DNA of 64,000 nt from an uncultured Solirubrobacteraceae bacterium (GTDB lineage Bacteria > Actinomycetota > Thermoleophilia > Solirubrobacterales > Solirubrobacteraceae). A program made the translations under genes and the position numbers. The notes beneath the pieces were generated by a model that was not told the origin of the DNA, did no database searches, and was given only the letters and a program-made list of their open reading frames with translations. This document shows positions 19,660-28,507 of the stretch, piece after piece (within the stretch, counting starts at the first letter, position 1; each line of letters begins with the position of its first letter). Location: assembly GCA_963806395.1 (NCBI GenBank), contig CAWDYI010000005.1, positions 242,288 to 306,287 of the forward strand. Reading direction: 5' to 3'.

Positions 19660-22536
19660 CCGCCGTCCTGGGACGCGGCCTCGGCGCGTGCCCGGCGGCC
19701 CTCGTCCGAGCGCTGGGTGAACACGAGCCCCGTGGGACCGAGGTGCCGCGCCCACGCGCGCGCGAACGCCTCGCGCGCGATCCTTGCGGACGCCGAGGTC
19801 GGCCGGCACGGGATGGTGGCGGACCGGGAACGGAGGCTGCCGTCGCAGCACGCGCCAGAGCAACGTCCCCGCTCCGGTATCCGGATCGGGGAGCGGGCGC
19901 GTGACGAGGTAGCGCGGCGTGTCGGCGACCGCGACGAGTTCGTCCAGCGCCGTCGCGAACCTGGCGCTCTCCTCCGGCGTCGCCTCGGTCAGCACGCAAC
20001 GCAGGTAGCCGGAGTCGCGCGGCTCGATCGCCAGCGAGCCGGCGGCCGCGTCCGACATCTCGCCCAGCTCGCGGTAGGCGTCGATCACCGAGCGCGCGGC
20101 GTGATCGAGCGGCAGCACGACCGGTAGCCGTTCGCGAGCGCGCCGCAGCCGCAGGGCGGCCCACACGAGGCCGCCGGCCGCGAGCGCCAGGCCGACGGGC
20201 AGCGCGGCGACCACGAACATCGCCGCGAGCGCCACGAGCAGGCCGGCGCCGGTGACCGCGAGCGGCACGCGCTGCGAGATCGGCGCGGACTTGGCCGTCT
20301 CCTCGACCGCTTCCGCCACGCCGGTGGCGCCACCGTGGCGCCGCGCGACGAGCGTGCGCAGGTCGGCGCCGCGGTACGGCTCGCCGATCCGCCACCGCTC
20401 GCGTGCCTCGTCGCGTGCCGCCGCCCGGACCAGCATCGTGCGGTTCAGCTCCGCGAGCCGGCCGACCGGCGGCGGCGCGAACGGGCCCAGCTCGGGGTGC
20501 ACGTGCGACGGCCCAGCTTCGATCTCACCGTCGTCGGCGGGCGCGTACAGGTGCAGGTGCTTGCGCACGAAGCGCGCGTAGTCGGCGCTCCCGCGGACGA
20601 GGTCGGGCGCCACGCACACGACGTCCCAGTTCGAGGCGAGCTTGTCCGGGTCGCCGGGGTCCAGCCGCAGCGAGCGCCCGCGCATCTGCTGGACCGACAC
20701 GCCCGTGGTGGCGACGGTGAGGTCGACCAGGCAGTTGACGGCCGGGCAGTCCCAGCCCTCGCCGAGCAGTGCGCGCGTGCCGATCAGCGTGCCGGACACG
20801 CCGCTCTCCAGCACGCGCGTGGCGAGCTCGACCCACGCGCGCGGGACCCACTCGGCGCCCGACGAGCGCAGCGAGATCAGCACGCCGTCCGGCTCGGCCG
20901 CCCAGTCCGGCAGTGAGAGCTGGTCCTCCGCCGCGGCGACGAGCGCGGCGAGCAGCACCTCGGCGTCGGCCGGCAGGCAGCGCAGCCCGCGGCCGGACAC
21001 GACGAGCGGGCGAAGCGGTGCAGTCCGGAGGTCCGCGCCGAGGGCGATCAGCGCGTGCCGCGCCGTGCCGGCGGTGGGGTCGAGCACGCCGCCGAGCAGC
21101 GGGTCGGGCTTGGCCTCCGAGAGCTCGGCGTCGCAAAGGACGAGCGCCCGCAGCGCGTCGCCGCGGGACTCCATCTCGGCGGCCAGCACCTCGACGAGCC
21201 CGAACGCCTTCGCCTGCGAGCCGGTCAGCAGCCGGTCGACCTCCGACGTGCCGCGCCGGATGCCGCGGCGCGTGAGCCGGAAGCCGAGCTCGCCGAGTGC
21301 GGCGGCCACGGCCGCGTAGCGGTCGGCGGCCTCGGGCGCCGGTGAGACGTGCAGGCAGCGCAGCGCGTAGTCCTCCAGCAACACGAGCCAGTCCTCGAGG
21401 TCGGGCGAGCGCCGGTAGGCCTCGCCGCGCGGCGCGCCGTCCGGCAGGGCGAGGCCGGCGGAGCCGAGGAACCGCACGCCTGCGCGCGCCAGCGCCGGGC
21501 GGCTGCGCTGGAACGCCTCCCACGGCACCTGGGCGTCGTCGTCGGCCGACCGGCGGCGTTCGCGCAGGCGCGTGATCACCCACAGCGGGAACGAGTGCGG
21601 TCCCTCGGCGTCGTCATGGAGCGCGGTGACCAGCTCCTTGAAGCGCGTGTCGTGCTCGGCCAGCCAGGCGCGCTCGGAGTCCAGCGGCTCGGTCAGCCAC
21701 GCCAGCTCCTGGTAGGGCGCGAGATGCCCGTCGCGCACCACGGCCGGGGTCGGCACGGTGAAGTCGACCGGTCCGAGCAGCTCCTCGTACAGCTCGCTCT
21801 CGTGGCCGTCGAGGTCCGACGGCGGCGTCGCCGTGAGACCGATCACGTGGATGTCCTCGTCCCCCAGCTCGGCCAGCACAGCGCGTACGACGTAGCCCCA
21901 CATCGACGCCAGGTGGTGGCACTCGTCGAGCACGATCGCGCCGACGTTGCCGGCGCGCAGCGCAGACACGCGTGCTCGGGCCTGGTCCGAGAGCAGCTCC
22001 GCGAGCTCGACCCCGGCGTGCTCGCCGCGCGCGATCTCGCGCTTGACCACGCTGGTCAGGCGGGCCAGCTCGCCGGTGCGGCGCTCGGCGGCCGCGCCCT
22101 CGTACCGCGCGGCCTCGCGCTCGGCCTCGTCCACGTCGACGCCCATCGCGGCCGCCCGCTCGGTCGCCCAGCGAGCTGCGACGACCTGACGCACCGCGAT
22201 CTCGGGGTCGTCGAGCTGGCACAGCGACTGGTACGTCATGCAGGCGATCGGAAAGCCCGGCTGCGGCCCGGCCGTGCGCGCCACGTCGGCCGCCGAACCG
22301 AACTGGCGCACGGCGCGCGGCCACTGCATCTGCACCGCGCTGTTGGGAGCGAGCACGAGCGCGCGGCGGCCGATCCGCCGTACCAGCTCGACGCCGAGCA
22401 GCGTCTTCCCCGAGCCCGGCGGTGCGACCAGGTGCGTGCGGCGGCGCCCGGCTTCGCGGTCGCGCTCGAACGCGGCGATCGCCTCCTTCTGGTAGCGCCG
22501 CCAGGTGCCCCCGAAGGACAGGTCGTCGAAGATCAC
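19626..22536 (-). CDS. SF2 (ResIII/DEAH-type) helicase with internal membrane hairpin; reading frame broken near 19772
   Basis: Track ORF 19303..22536. Motif I APPGSGKT (aa 38-45), motif II DECHH (204-208), motif III TATP (235-238), GEGWDCP, and motif VI QQMRGRSLR (616-623). The hydrophobic hairpin is PLAVTGAGLLVALAAMFVVAALPVGLALAAGGLVWAAL (~757-796). After ...PADLGVRKDRAR the GC3-rich frame changes and reads EAFARAWARHLGPTGLVFTQRSDEGRRARAEAASQDGGYETLVRDIWV-stop (TGA at 19626). The start is GTG 22536 (GTGA overlap with the SCO stop). Confidence 0.8.
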
Positions 22537-23123
22537 CGGAGTCGCACGAGGTCAGCCGCCAGGGCTCTCGGCGTGAGCTTCGAGGCGGGGAACCCGATGC
22601 GCTGGCGCCCGCCGGAGTCGACGAGCACGGTGTAGGCCGAGTGGTCGCGCCCCTCACGCTGCGGGGCGATCCCGAACGCCTTCCACACCGGCGCCAGCTG
22701 TTCGCGGGTGCCGAGCAGGAAGTCCATGCGGCCGGTCATCGACTGCTCGAGCAGGAACGCGCGCGCCCGCGCGGGGGTGTCGTTGGCCGGGTCGACCGAG
22801 ACGCCGACCACCGGGACGTCTCGCCCGAGGTCGTCGAGCGCGCCGCGGATGCTCTGCACCTGCGCGGGGCACGTGTCCTCGCACGTGGAGTACACGAACG
22901 TGATCACCGCCGGTCGCCCGCGCAGGCTCGCGGCGGTCACGCGCTCGCCGTCCTGACTCGTGAGGGCGAAGTCGGGCAGGCGCGCGGCCGGTGGCCGGAT
23001 CGCGCCCTCCCAGCCCGTCGCCGCGGGCGCGTCGTCGCCGGCGCGCGCAAGCCACAGTCCCACCACCGCGCCGGCGGCGCACAGGCACAGCGTGAACAGC
23101 GCGAGCACAACCCGTGTCGGCAC
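22533..23123 (-). CDS. SCO1/SenC family copper chaperone / thiol-disulfide protein, membrane anchored
   Basis: 196 aa with an N-terminal TM helix. Supporting segments: FALTSQDGERVTAASLRGRPAVITFVYSTCEDTCP (CxxxC) and ...HSAYTVLVD. Confidence 0.85.
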   Translation of the reverse strand: MPTRVVLALFTLCLCAAGAVVGLWLARAGDDAPAATGWEGAIRPPAARLPDFALTSQDGERVTAASLRGRPAVITFVYSTCEDTCPAQVQSIRGALDDLGRDVPVVGVSVDPANDTPARARAFLLEQSMTGRMDFLLGTREQLAPVWKAFGIAPQREGRDHSAYTVLVDSGGRQRIGFPASKLTPRALAADLVRLR

Positions 23124-23208
23124 GGGTCCAAGCTTAGAGTCAGTTTCAGGACCGGCGGCCCGGCCGGGATCCTCCGTATCCGGGCGTGCCGACTCCTGAA
23201 ACGGGCTC

Positions 23209-23841
23209 TCAGGCTTCCGTCAGGCCTCGGCGGATCGCGTAGCGCACGAGCTCGACGCGGTCGCGCATGCCGAGCTTGCGCAGCAGGTTGGCGCGGTGCG
23301 ACTCGACGGTCTTCTCGGCCAGGTGCAGGATCTCGGCGATCTGCTTGTTCGTGTGCGCCTCGGCGATCAGCTTCAGGACCTCCTGCTCGCGCGGCGAGAG
23401 CGGCTCCTCCGGCCCTGCCGACGGGTCGGACATCCACTCGCGGATCAGCGAGCGCTCGACGGCGTTGGTCAGGAACGCCTCGCCACGGTGCACGGCGCGG
23501 ATCGCGTTCAGGAGCGCCTGGTCGACCTCGCGCTTGAGCACGTAGCCGGACGCGCCGGCCTTCAGCGCGTCGAACACGTAGCGCTCGTCGTCGTGCATCG
23601 ACAGCGCGAGCACCTGCGTGTTGGGCAGATGTGCGCGGATCTGCCGGGCGGCCTGCAGGCCCGTCATGCGCGGCATGGAGACGTCCATGACGCACAGGTC
23701 GGGCTTCGTGGCCAGAGCCTGCTCGAACGCGACGACGCCGTCTTCGGCCTCGGCGACGACCTGCATGTCCGGTTGACGTTCGATCAGCAGCTTCAGGCCG
23801 CCGCGCACGATGCCGTGATCGTCGGCGATGAGGATCCTCAT
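23209..23841 (-). CDS. NarL/FixJ (LuxR-type HTH) response regulator
   Basis: 210 aa. Supporting segments: MRILIADDHGIVRGGL ... CVMDVSMPRMTG ... LSPREQEVLKLIAEAHTNKQIAEILHLAEKTVESHRANLLRKLG. Confidence 0.92.
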   Translation of the reverse strand: MRILIADDHGIVRGGLKLLIERQPDMQVVAEAEDGVVAFEQALATKPDLCVMDVSMPRMTGLQAARQIRAHLPNTQVLALSMHDDERYVFDALKAGASGYVLKREVDQALLNAIRAVHRGEAFLTNAVERSLIREWMSDPSAGPEEPLSPREQEVLKLIAEAHTNKQIAEILHLAEKTVESHRANLLRKLGMRDRVELVRYAIRRGLTEA

Positions 23842-24809
23842 GTGGCTCCCATGGTCAGTTCGATGGTCGTCCCGTCACCGGGCTCGGAGAAGATCGTGAG
23901 ATGGCCGCCGACCAGCAGCGCGCGCTCGCGCATGCCGGAGACGCCGAGGCGCGCGCGCCCGTTGGTGGTCGCGCTGAAGCCCTCGCCGTCGTCGCGCACG
24001 CGCAGGATCGTGCGGCCGACGAACGACAGCTCGACGTCGACGTGCCGGGCGCCCGAGTGCTGCGCCACGTTGGACAGGCTCTCCTGGGTCACGCGGTAGA
24101 TGACGAGCTGCTCCTCGTCGCTCAGCGGCGGCACCGCGCCGTGGCGGCGGAAGGTCGATCGGATGCCGGTGCGGTCGCCGAAGTCGGCCACCTGCGAGGT
24201 GAGCGCCGGCACGAGGCCGTGGTCGTCGAGCGCGGTCGGGCGCAGCTGGCGGGCGAGGTGCAGGAGCTCGTCCATCGCCTGCGTGACGAGCTGCTGGCTC
24301 TCGCGCAGCTCCTCCTGCAGACCGGGCGGTGCGTCGCCGATCGTCGCCTGCAGCCGGAGAAGGATCGCTGTCAGCGCCTGGTTGACCTCGTCGTGCAGGT
24401 CCTGGGCGATCCGCGAGCGCTCCACTTCCTGGGCACGCAGCACGGCGCGGCCGGACTCGCGGCGCTCGTGCTCGAGCCGCTCCAGCATCCGGTTGAAGTC
24501 CGCGGACAGCCGGCGGACCTCGCTGGCGGCGCCGCGCGTGACGTCGGCGCGCTTGCCGGGGGAGGCGAGGTCGACGCTGCTCATGGTCTCCACGAGCCGC
24601 TCGATCGGCTCCAGGCGGCGGCGCAGCAGGATCGAGTTCAGCAGCACGACCCCGCAGACCGCGAGCCCGATCATCAGCAGGCCCTCGGCGCTGGCTGCCT
24701 CCTCCAGCCGGTCGCGTGCGACGACAGCAGCCACGAACGCCGTGAGGGCGACGAGTACCGTGTTGACGAACAGGACCTGGGTGAGCAGCGTGCGAGAACG
24801 CATCTTCAC
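23838..24809 (-). CDS. sensor histidine kinase (HAMP + HisKA_3 + HATPase)
   Basis: 323 aa with two N-terminal TM helices. H-box ERSRIAQDLHDEVNQAL; ATPase segment VRDDGEGF ... LGVSGMRERA. There is a 4-nt overlap with the regulator gene. Confidence 0.9.
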   Translation of the reverse strand: MKMRSRTLLTQVLFVNTVLVALTAFVAAVVARDRLEEAASAEGLLMIGLAVCGVVLLNSILLRRRLEPIERLVETMSSVDLASPGKRADVTRGAASEVRRLSADFNRMLERLEHERRESGRAVLRAQEVERSRIAQDLHDEVNQALTAILLRLQATIGDAPPGLQEELRESQQLVTQAMDELLHLARQLRPTALDDHGLVPALTSQVADFGDRTGIRSTFRRHGAVPPLSDEEQLVIYRVTQESLSNVAQHSGARHVDVELSFVGRTILRVRDDGEGFSATTNGRARLGVSGMRERALLVGGHLTIFSEPGDGTTIELTMGAT

Positions 24810-24914
24810 CCGTTCATCGGCAGCGACGCTGACCGGCGTGATGGTGGAATCACCCTATGCCGACGCTATCCTTTGTGAAGCTTTGAAACCCGACCGACTT
24901 CAAGGACTTTGCAC

Positions 24915-26099
24915 ATGAGCCCGAGTGGGGCGGAGGTCATCCGCCAGATCAAGAGCCAGGTCGAGGAGATCGACCCGGCGCAGGTGAGCGAGCATCTCGG
25001 CAACGGCATCGTCCTCGTCGACGTTCGCGAGAGCGGCGAGTGGGACGCGGGCCACATCCCGGGCGCCAAGCATGTCCCGCGCGGTTACCTGGAGTCGCGC
25101 GTCGAGGGCGCCGTGGGCGCCGACCGTTCGCAGCCGATCGTCGTGTACTGCGCCTCCGGCCAGCGCTCGGCGCTGGCTGCGCACACGCTCAAGGACCTGC
25201 TCGGCTACGAGAACGTGACGTCGATGACGGGCGGGATCACGCTGTGGAAGGACCGCGGCTACAAGGTCGAGGTCCCGCGGTCGCTGACGCCCGAGCAGCG
25301 CGAGCGCTACTCGCGCCACCTGCTGGTGCCGGAGATCGGCCTCGAGGGCCAGACGAAGCTGCTCGACGCCAAGGTGCTCCTGCTCGGCGCCGGCGGGCTC
25401 GGCTCCCCGACCGCGCTGTACCTGGCGGCCGCAGGCGTCGGCACGCTCGGCGTGGTCGATGACGACGACGTCGACCTCTCCAACCTGCAGCGTCAGGTGA
25501 TCCACACGACGGACCGGATCGGCACGCCGAAGGTCGACTCCGCCGAGACGTCGATCCTCGCGATCAACCCGGACGTGAACGTCGTCAAGTACCGCACCCG
25601 CCTCGACGCCTCCAACATCATGGAGATCATCGAGGGCTACGACGTCATCGTCGACGGCGTCGACAACTTCCCGACGCGCTACCTGCTCAACGACGCGACG
25701 GTGCGGCTCGACATCCCGGTCGTGTCGGCCTCGATCCTCGGGTTCGACGGCCAGCTCTCGGTCTTCAAGCCGCACGACGGCCCGTGCTACCGCTGCCTGT
25801 ACCCGGTGCCGCCGCCGGCCGAGCTCGCACCCTCGTGCGGCGCCAACGGCGTGCTCGGCGTGCTCCCGGGCACGATGGGCCTGCTGCAGGCGACCGAGGT
25901 CGTCAAGCTCGTCACCGGCGCCGGCGAGCCGCTTGTCGGCCGCCTCCTGCTGTACGAGGCGCTCGGCGCCACGTTCACCGAGCTGAAGGTCCGCCGCGAC
26001 CCGGAGTGCCCGATCTGCTCGAAGGACCCGTCCGAGATCGCCGACGAGGAGATGGGCGTGTTCCCGGACTACGAGGCGTTCTGCGCCGCGGCCGGATAG
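24915..26099 (+). CDS. E1-like adenylyltransferase/sulfurtransferase (ThiF/MoeB family) with N-terminal rhodanese domain
   Basis: Rhodanese segment: VLVDVRESGEWDAGHIPGAKHVP ... VVYCASGQRS (active-site loop). It is followed by YSRHLLVPEIGLEGQ, LLLGAGGLGS, CYRCLYP, SCGANGVLG and ECPIC. ATG 24915 is preferred over TTG 24909. Confidence 0.88.
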   Translation: MSPSGAEVIRQIKSQVEEIDPAQVSEHLGNGIVLVDVRESGEWDAGHIPGAKHVPRGYLESRVEGAVGADRSQPIVVYCASGQRSALAAHTLKDLLGYENVTSMTGGITLWKDRGYKVEVPRSLTPEQRERYSRHLLVPEIGLEGQTKLLDAKVLLLGAGGLGSPTALYLAAAGVGTLGVVDDDDVDLSNLQRQVIHTTDRIGTPKVDSAETSILAINPDVNVVKYRTRLDASNIMEIIEGYDVIVDGVDNFPTRYLLNDATVRLDIPVVSASILGFDGQLSVFKPHDGPCYRCLYPVPPPAELAPSCGANGVLGVLPGTMGLLQATEVVKLVTGAGEPLVGRLLLYEALGATFTELKVRRDPECPICSKDPSEIADEEMGVFPDYEAFCAAAG

Positions 26100-26109
26100 C
26101 CTGGCGCGA

Positions 26110-26385
26110 ATGGCCACGATCAAGGTTCCCCCGGTGCTGCGCCCGTCCGTGGGCGGCGAGAAGGAGGTCTCCGCCTCCGGTGAGACCGTCGGAGCGGTTC
26201 TGCACGCGCTCGCCGAGCAGCACCCGGCGACCGAGCCGCAGCTGTTCGGCGCCGACGGGTCGCTGAACCGCTACGTGAACGTGTATCTGAACGACGAGGA
26301 CGTCCGCGTGCTCGACGGCCTGGACACCGGGGTCGGCGAGACCGACACGCTGGTGATCCTGCCGGCGATGGCCGGCGGCGGGTGA
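26110..26385 (+). CDS. MoaD/ThiS/CysO-type ubiquitin-like sulfur carrier protein
   Basis: 91 aa: MATIKVPPVLRPSVGGEKEV ... NRYVNVYLNDEDV ... LVILPAMAGGG-stop, with a C-terminal Gly-Gly. Confidence 0.85.
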   Translation: MATIKVPPVLRPSVGGEKEVSASGETVGAVLHALAEQHPATEPQLFGADGSLNRYVNVYLNDEDVRVLDGLDTGVGETDTLVILPAMAGGG

Positions 26386-26825
26386 TCCGGGCCGCCGGGT
26401 TCGGCGAGGCGGACACGCTGGTGTCCGTCTACGAATGGCTGTTCGCGCCACCGGGCGCGCGGCCGCCCCGGTGGGACGCCGACCACGCCGTCGGCCGCCT
26501 GCGCGAGGCGATCGCCTCAGGGGCGTCGGAGGTGCTGGTGGCCACCGACGACGGCGGCGCCGTGATCGGGATCTGCACCGTCTACCTCGACCTCGACTCC
26601 GTGCGCTTCGGCCAGCGAGCCTGGGTCGAGGACCTCGCCGTCGACCCGGAGCGCCGGTCCGCCGGGATCGGCAAGCAGCTGCTCGACGCGGCGAAGGACT
26701 GGGCCCGCTCGCGCGGCGCGACGCACCTCGAGCTCGACTCCGCCGAGACCCGAGAGGCCGCGCACCGGTTCTACGAGCGCGAGCAGCCGACCTCGCGCTC
26801 GATCTGCTTCGGCTGGGAGCTGTAG
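26382..26825 (+). CDS. GNAT family N-acetyltransferase
   Basis: 147 aa. The GTG overlaps the carrier stop. AWVEDLAVDPERRSAGIGKQLLDAAKDWARSRG is the acetyl-CoA binding motif A. Confidence 0.8.
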   Translation: MIRAAGFGEADTLVSVYEWLFAPPGARPPRWDADHAVGRLREAIASGASEVLVATDDGGAVIGICTVYLDLDSVRFGQRAWVEDLAVDPERRSAGIGKQLLDAAKDWARSRGATHLELDSAETREAAHRFYEREQPTSRSICFGWEL

Positions 26826-26837
26826 CGGCGGACCACC

Positions 26838-27464
26838 GTGGCGGGCATGCACCTGCGGCTCGTGGCGCCGCATCGCTTCTATCGCGCAGCGCCGGACCTC
26901 AGCCGACCCGAACTGCGCGATGCGTACGAGCAGGGCCGCGCCGCCCGGGGCACGGAACTGCCTGACGAAGCGCTCGCGGAGCGCATGTCCGTCATGACGG
27001 CCAGTGGCCGCGAGGCGATGCGCGCGTTCCGCCTCGGGCACGGGCCCGACGAGGCCCTCGCTCCCGCCCCGCTCGCGCTCAGTCTCCTCCTCATCGCCGC
27101 GTCGGCGTGGTTTGCCGCCGTGCTCGAGCGGAGCACTGGCCCGGGTCGGCGGCTGTTGATCCTGATCGGACCGGTGCTGCTCACCTGGCCGACGGGGAAC
27201 GTGCTCCTGCGAGCGCGGAAGCGGCGTGGACGGGCACTCGGATTGAGCGCCGACACCGCGCCGCTGCAACAGGTGCCCGGCTCGCTGCTGATGCAGCTGG
27301 CGATCGCGGCGGGCTACGCGGTGTCGTACCGAACTCGCCGGGGGAGTTGGCCCAGGCCGATGCCTGCGACCTTCGCTGCGGGGCAGCTCGTCGAGGAGTT
27401 CATGTCGCGCCGGTCCTGGCGAGAGGTGCGGAAACGGGGTCTGACCCCTGGTAGGGCCGCCTAA
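26838..27464 (+). CDS. hypothetical membrane protein
   Basis: 208 aa with acceptable GC3 and two or three hydrophobic segments. The last codons (RKRGLTPGRAA) are encoded by the first REP-like motif. No family recognised. Confidence 0.4.
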   Translation: MAGMHLRLVAPHRFYRAAPDLSRPELRDAYEQGRAARGTELPDEALAERMSVMTASGREAMRAFRLGHGPDEALAPAPLALSLLLIAASAWFAAVLERSTGPGRRLLILIGPVLLTWPTGNVLLRARKRRGRALGLSADTAPLQQVPGSLLMQLAIAAGYAVSYRTRRGSWPRPMPATFAAGQLVEEFMSRRSWREVRKRGLTPGRAA

Positions 27465-27497
27465 CAGGGGTCTGACCCCGGTTAGGTGGGGCGAACT
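27434..27497. repeat. REP-like element: two copies of the 13-bp dyad GGGGTCTGACCCC plus a flanking imperfect stem
   Basis: The copies are at 27436-27448 and 27467-27479. GCCGCCTAAC (27456-65) pairs with GTTAGGTGGG (27481-90) at 8 of 10 positions around copy 2. The element sits immediately 5' of the RAYT gene. Confidence 0.7.
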
Positions 27498-27504
27498 CGG
27501 TCGG

Positions 27505-28065
27505 GTGGCGCCTACGGTGGGTGTGCCCCGCAGCCCGCGTGAGGAGATCGAGGACGGCGTTCATCACGTGTACGCGCGCGGGAACGGAGGGCAGGAGATC
27601 TTTCTCGACGACGCGGATCGGTGGCGGTACCTCGCGATGCTCGGGGACGTAGTTGTGCGGATGCGCTGGCGATGTCTCGCGTACTGCCTGATGCGGAACC
27701 ACGTGCACCTGCTCGTGGAGACGCCGGCGGTCAACCTCGGGGATGGGATCCAGCGCCTGCACGGTCGATACGCGCAGAAGTTCAATGAGCGGCACCGGCG
27801 ATCGGGGCACGTGTTCCAGGGCCGCTACGGTGCCGTTCGGGTGACGAGCGATGAGCAGTTGTGGACGACAACGCGCTACGTCGCGCTCAACCCGGTCGCA
27901 GCGGGACTGTGCGAGCGGCCTGAGGACTGGCGGTGGAGCAGCCACGCCGCCGTTCTCGGCGGGCGCACTCCGGCATGGCTGGACGTCGCGCGCCTCCTGT
28001 CGTACTTCGCGGGGCTCGGCGGTGAGCCGCGTGAGCGGTACGCGGACCTCGTCCAGACAGGCTGA
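27505..28065 (+). CDS. REP-associated tyrosine transposase (RAYT, IS200-like Y1 transposase fold)
   Basis: 186 aa. Supporting segments: HHVYARGNGGQEIF, CLAYCLMRNHVHLLVET (HUH motif), GHVFQGRYGAVRV and TTRYVALNPVAAGL (catalytic Tyr region). Alternative start GTG 27523. Confidence 0.85.
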   Translation: MAPTVGVPRSPREEIEDGVHHVYARGNGGQEIFLDDADRWRYLAMLGDVVVRMRWRCLAYCLMRNHVHLLVETPAVNLGDGIQRLHGRYAQKFNERHRRSGHVFQGRYGAVRVTSDEQLWTTTRYVALNPVAAGLCERPEDWRWSSHAAVLGGRTPAWLDVARLLSYFAGLGGEPRERYADLVQTG

Positions 28066-28170
28066 ACCTACGCGACGGCGGCGGGCGGTCAGCAAGGTCT
28101 CTGGGTAGGTCCAACGGCCTAGGACCAATTGCCACTGGTGACGTTGCGCCCGGCGCACGACCATGGGTCC

Positions 28171-28503
28171 ATGAACGCAAGCGAGCAGATCACCGAGGAA
28201 GTCACGTCCTGGCCGGGCGTCGAGGCGGGCATCGGCAGCCGCGGCGAGTACGGCTTCACGGTCGGGCGCCGCCAGATCGGCCACCTGCACGGCGACTATG
28301 TCGCCCACTTCTCGTTCCCCAAGGCGGTCTGGGCCGAGCTGTTCGAGGCGGGCAGGATCGACTACCACTCCGTCTTCCCCGGCAAGGCCGGGCCGGCGGC
28401 GCGGCGGATCGAGGACGAGGCGGACGTGCGCGACGTGATCGCGCTGCTGCGCGTCAACTACGACCGCGTGATCGAGCGCTACGGCCTGCCGGCCCAGGTC
28501 TGA
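28171..28503 (+). CDS. DUF5519-like (luciferase-family-annotated) small protein
   Basis: 110 aa from ATG 28171. Supporting segments: ITEEVTSWPGVEAGIGSRGEYGFTVGRRQIGHLHGD ... FPGKAGPAARRIEDEADVRDVIALLRVNYDR. Confidence 0.6.
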   Translation: MNASEQITEEVTSWPGVEAGIGSRGEYGFTVGRRQIGHLHGDYVAHFSFPKAVWAELFEAGRIDYHSVFPGKAGPAARRIEDEADVRDVIALLRVNYDRVIERYGLPAQV

Positions 28504-28507
28504 GCGA

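Noticed and set aside
19626-22536. Helicase as the R subunit of a type I/III restriction system or a known defence helicase
   Set aside because: There is no methyltransferase, specificity subunit, nuclease domain or other partner of a described defence system in the neighbourhood. It is kept as an uncharacterised helicase.
24915-26385. E1 plus Ubl as a ubiquitin-like conjugation (Bil/CBASS-type) defence module
   Set aside because: There is no E2, JAMM/DUB or effector gene. The rhodanese domain and the free GG terminus fit sulfur-carrier chemistry better.
27436-27479. Possible CRISPR array from the repeated 13-mer
   Set aside because: There are only two copies, they are 13 bp long and 31 nt apart, and they are dyad-symmetric and adjacent to a RAYT gene. 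There are no cas genes. I found no CRISPR array anywhere in the window.
27400-28368. 322-aa minus-strand ORF over the RAYT gene
   Set aside because: It lies antisense to a gene with clear HUH and Tyr motifs. Its GSDP/GQTP peptides are simply the REP-like motif read on the other strand.
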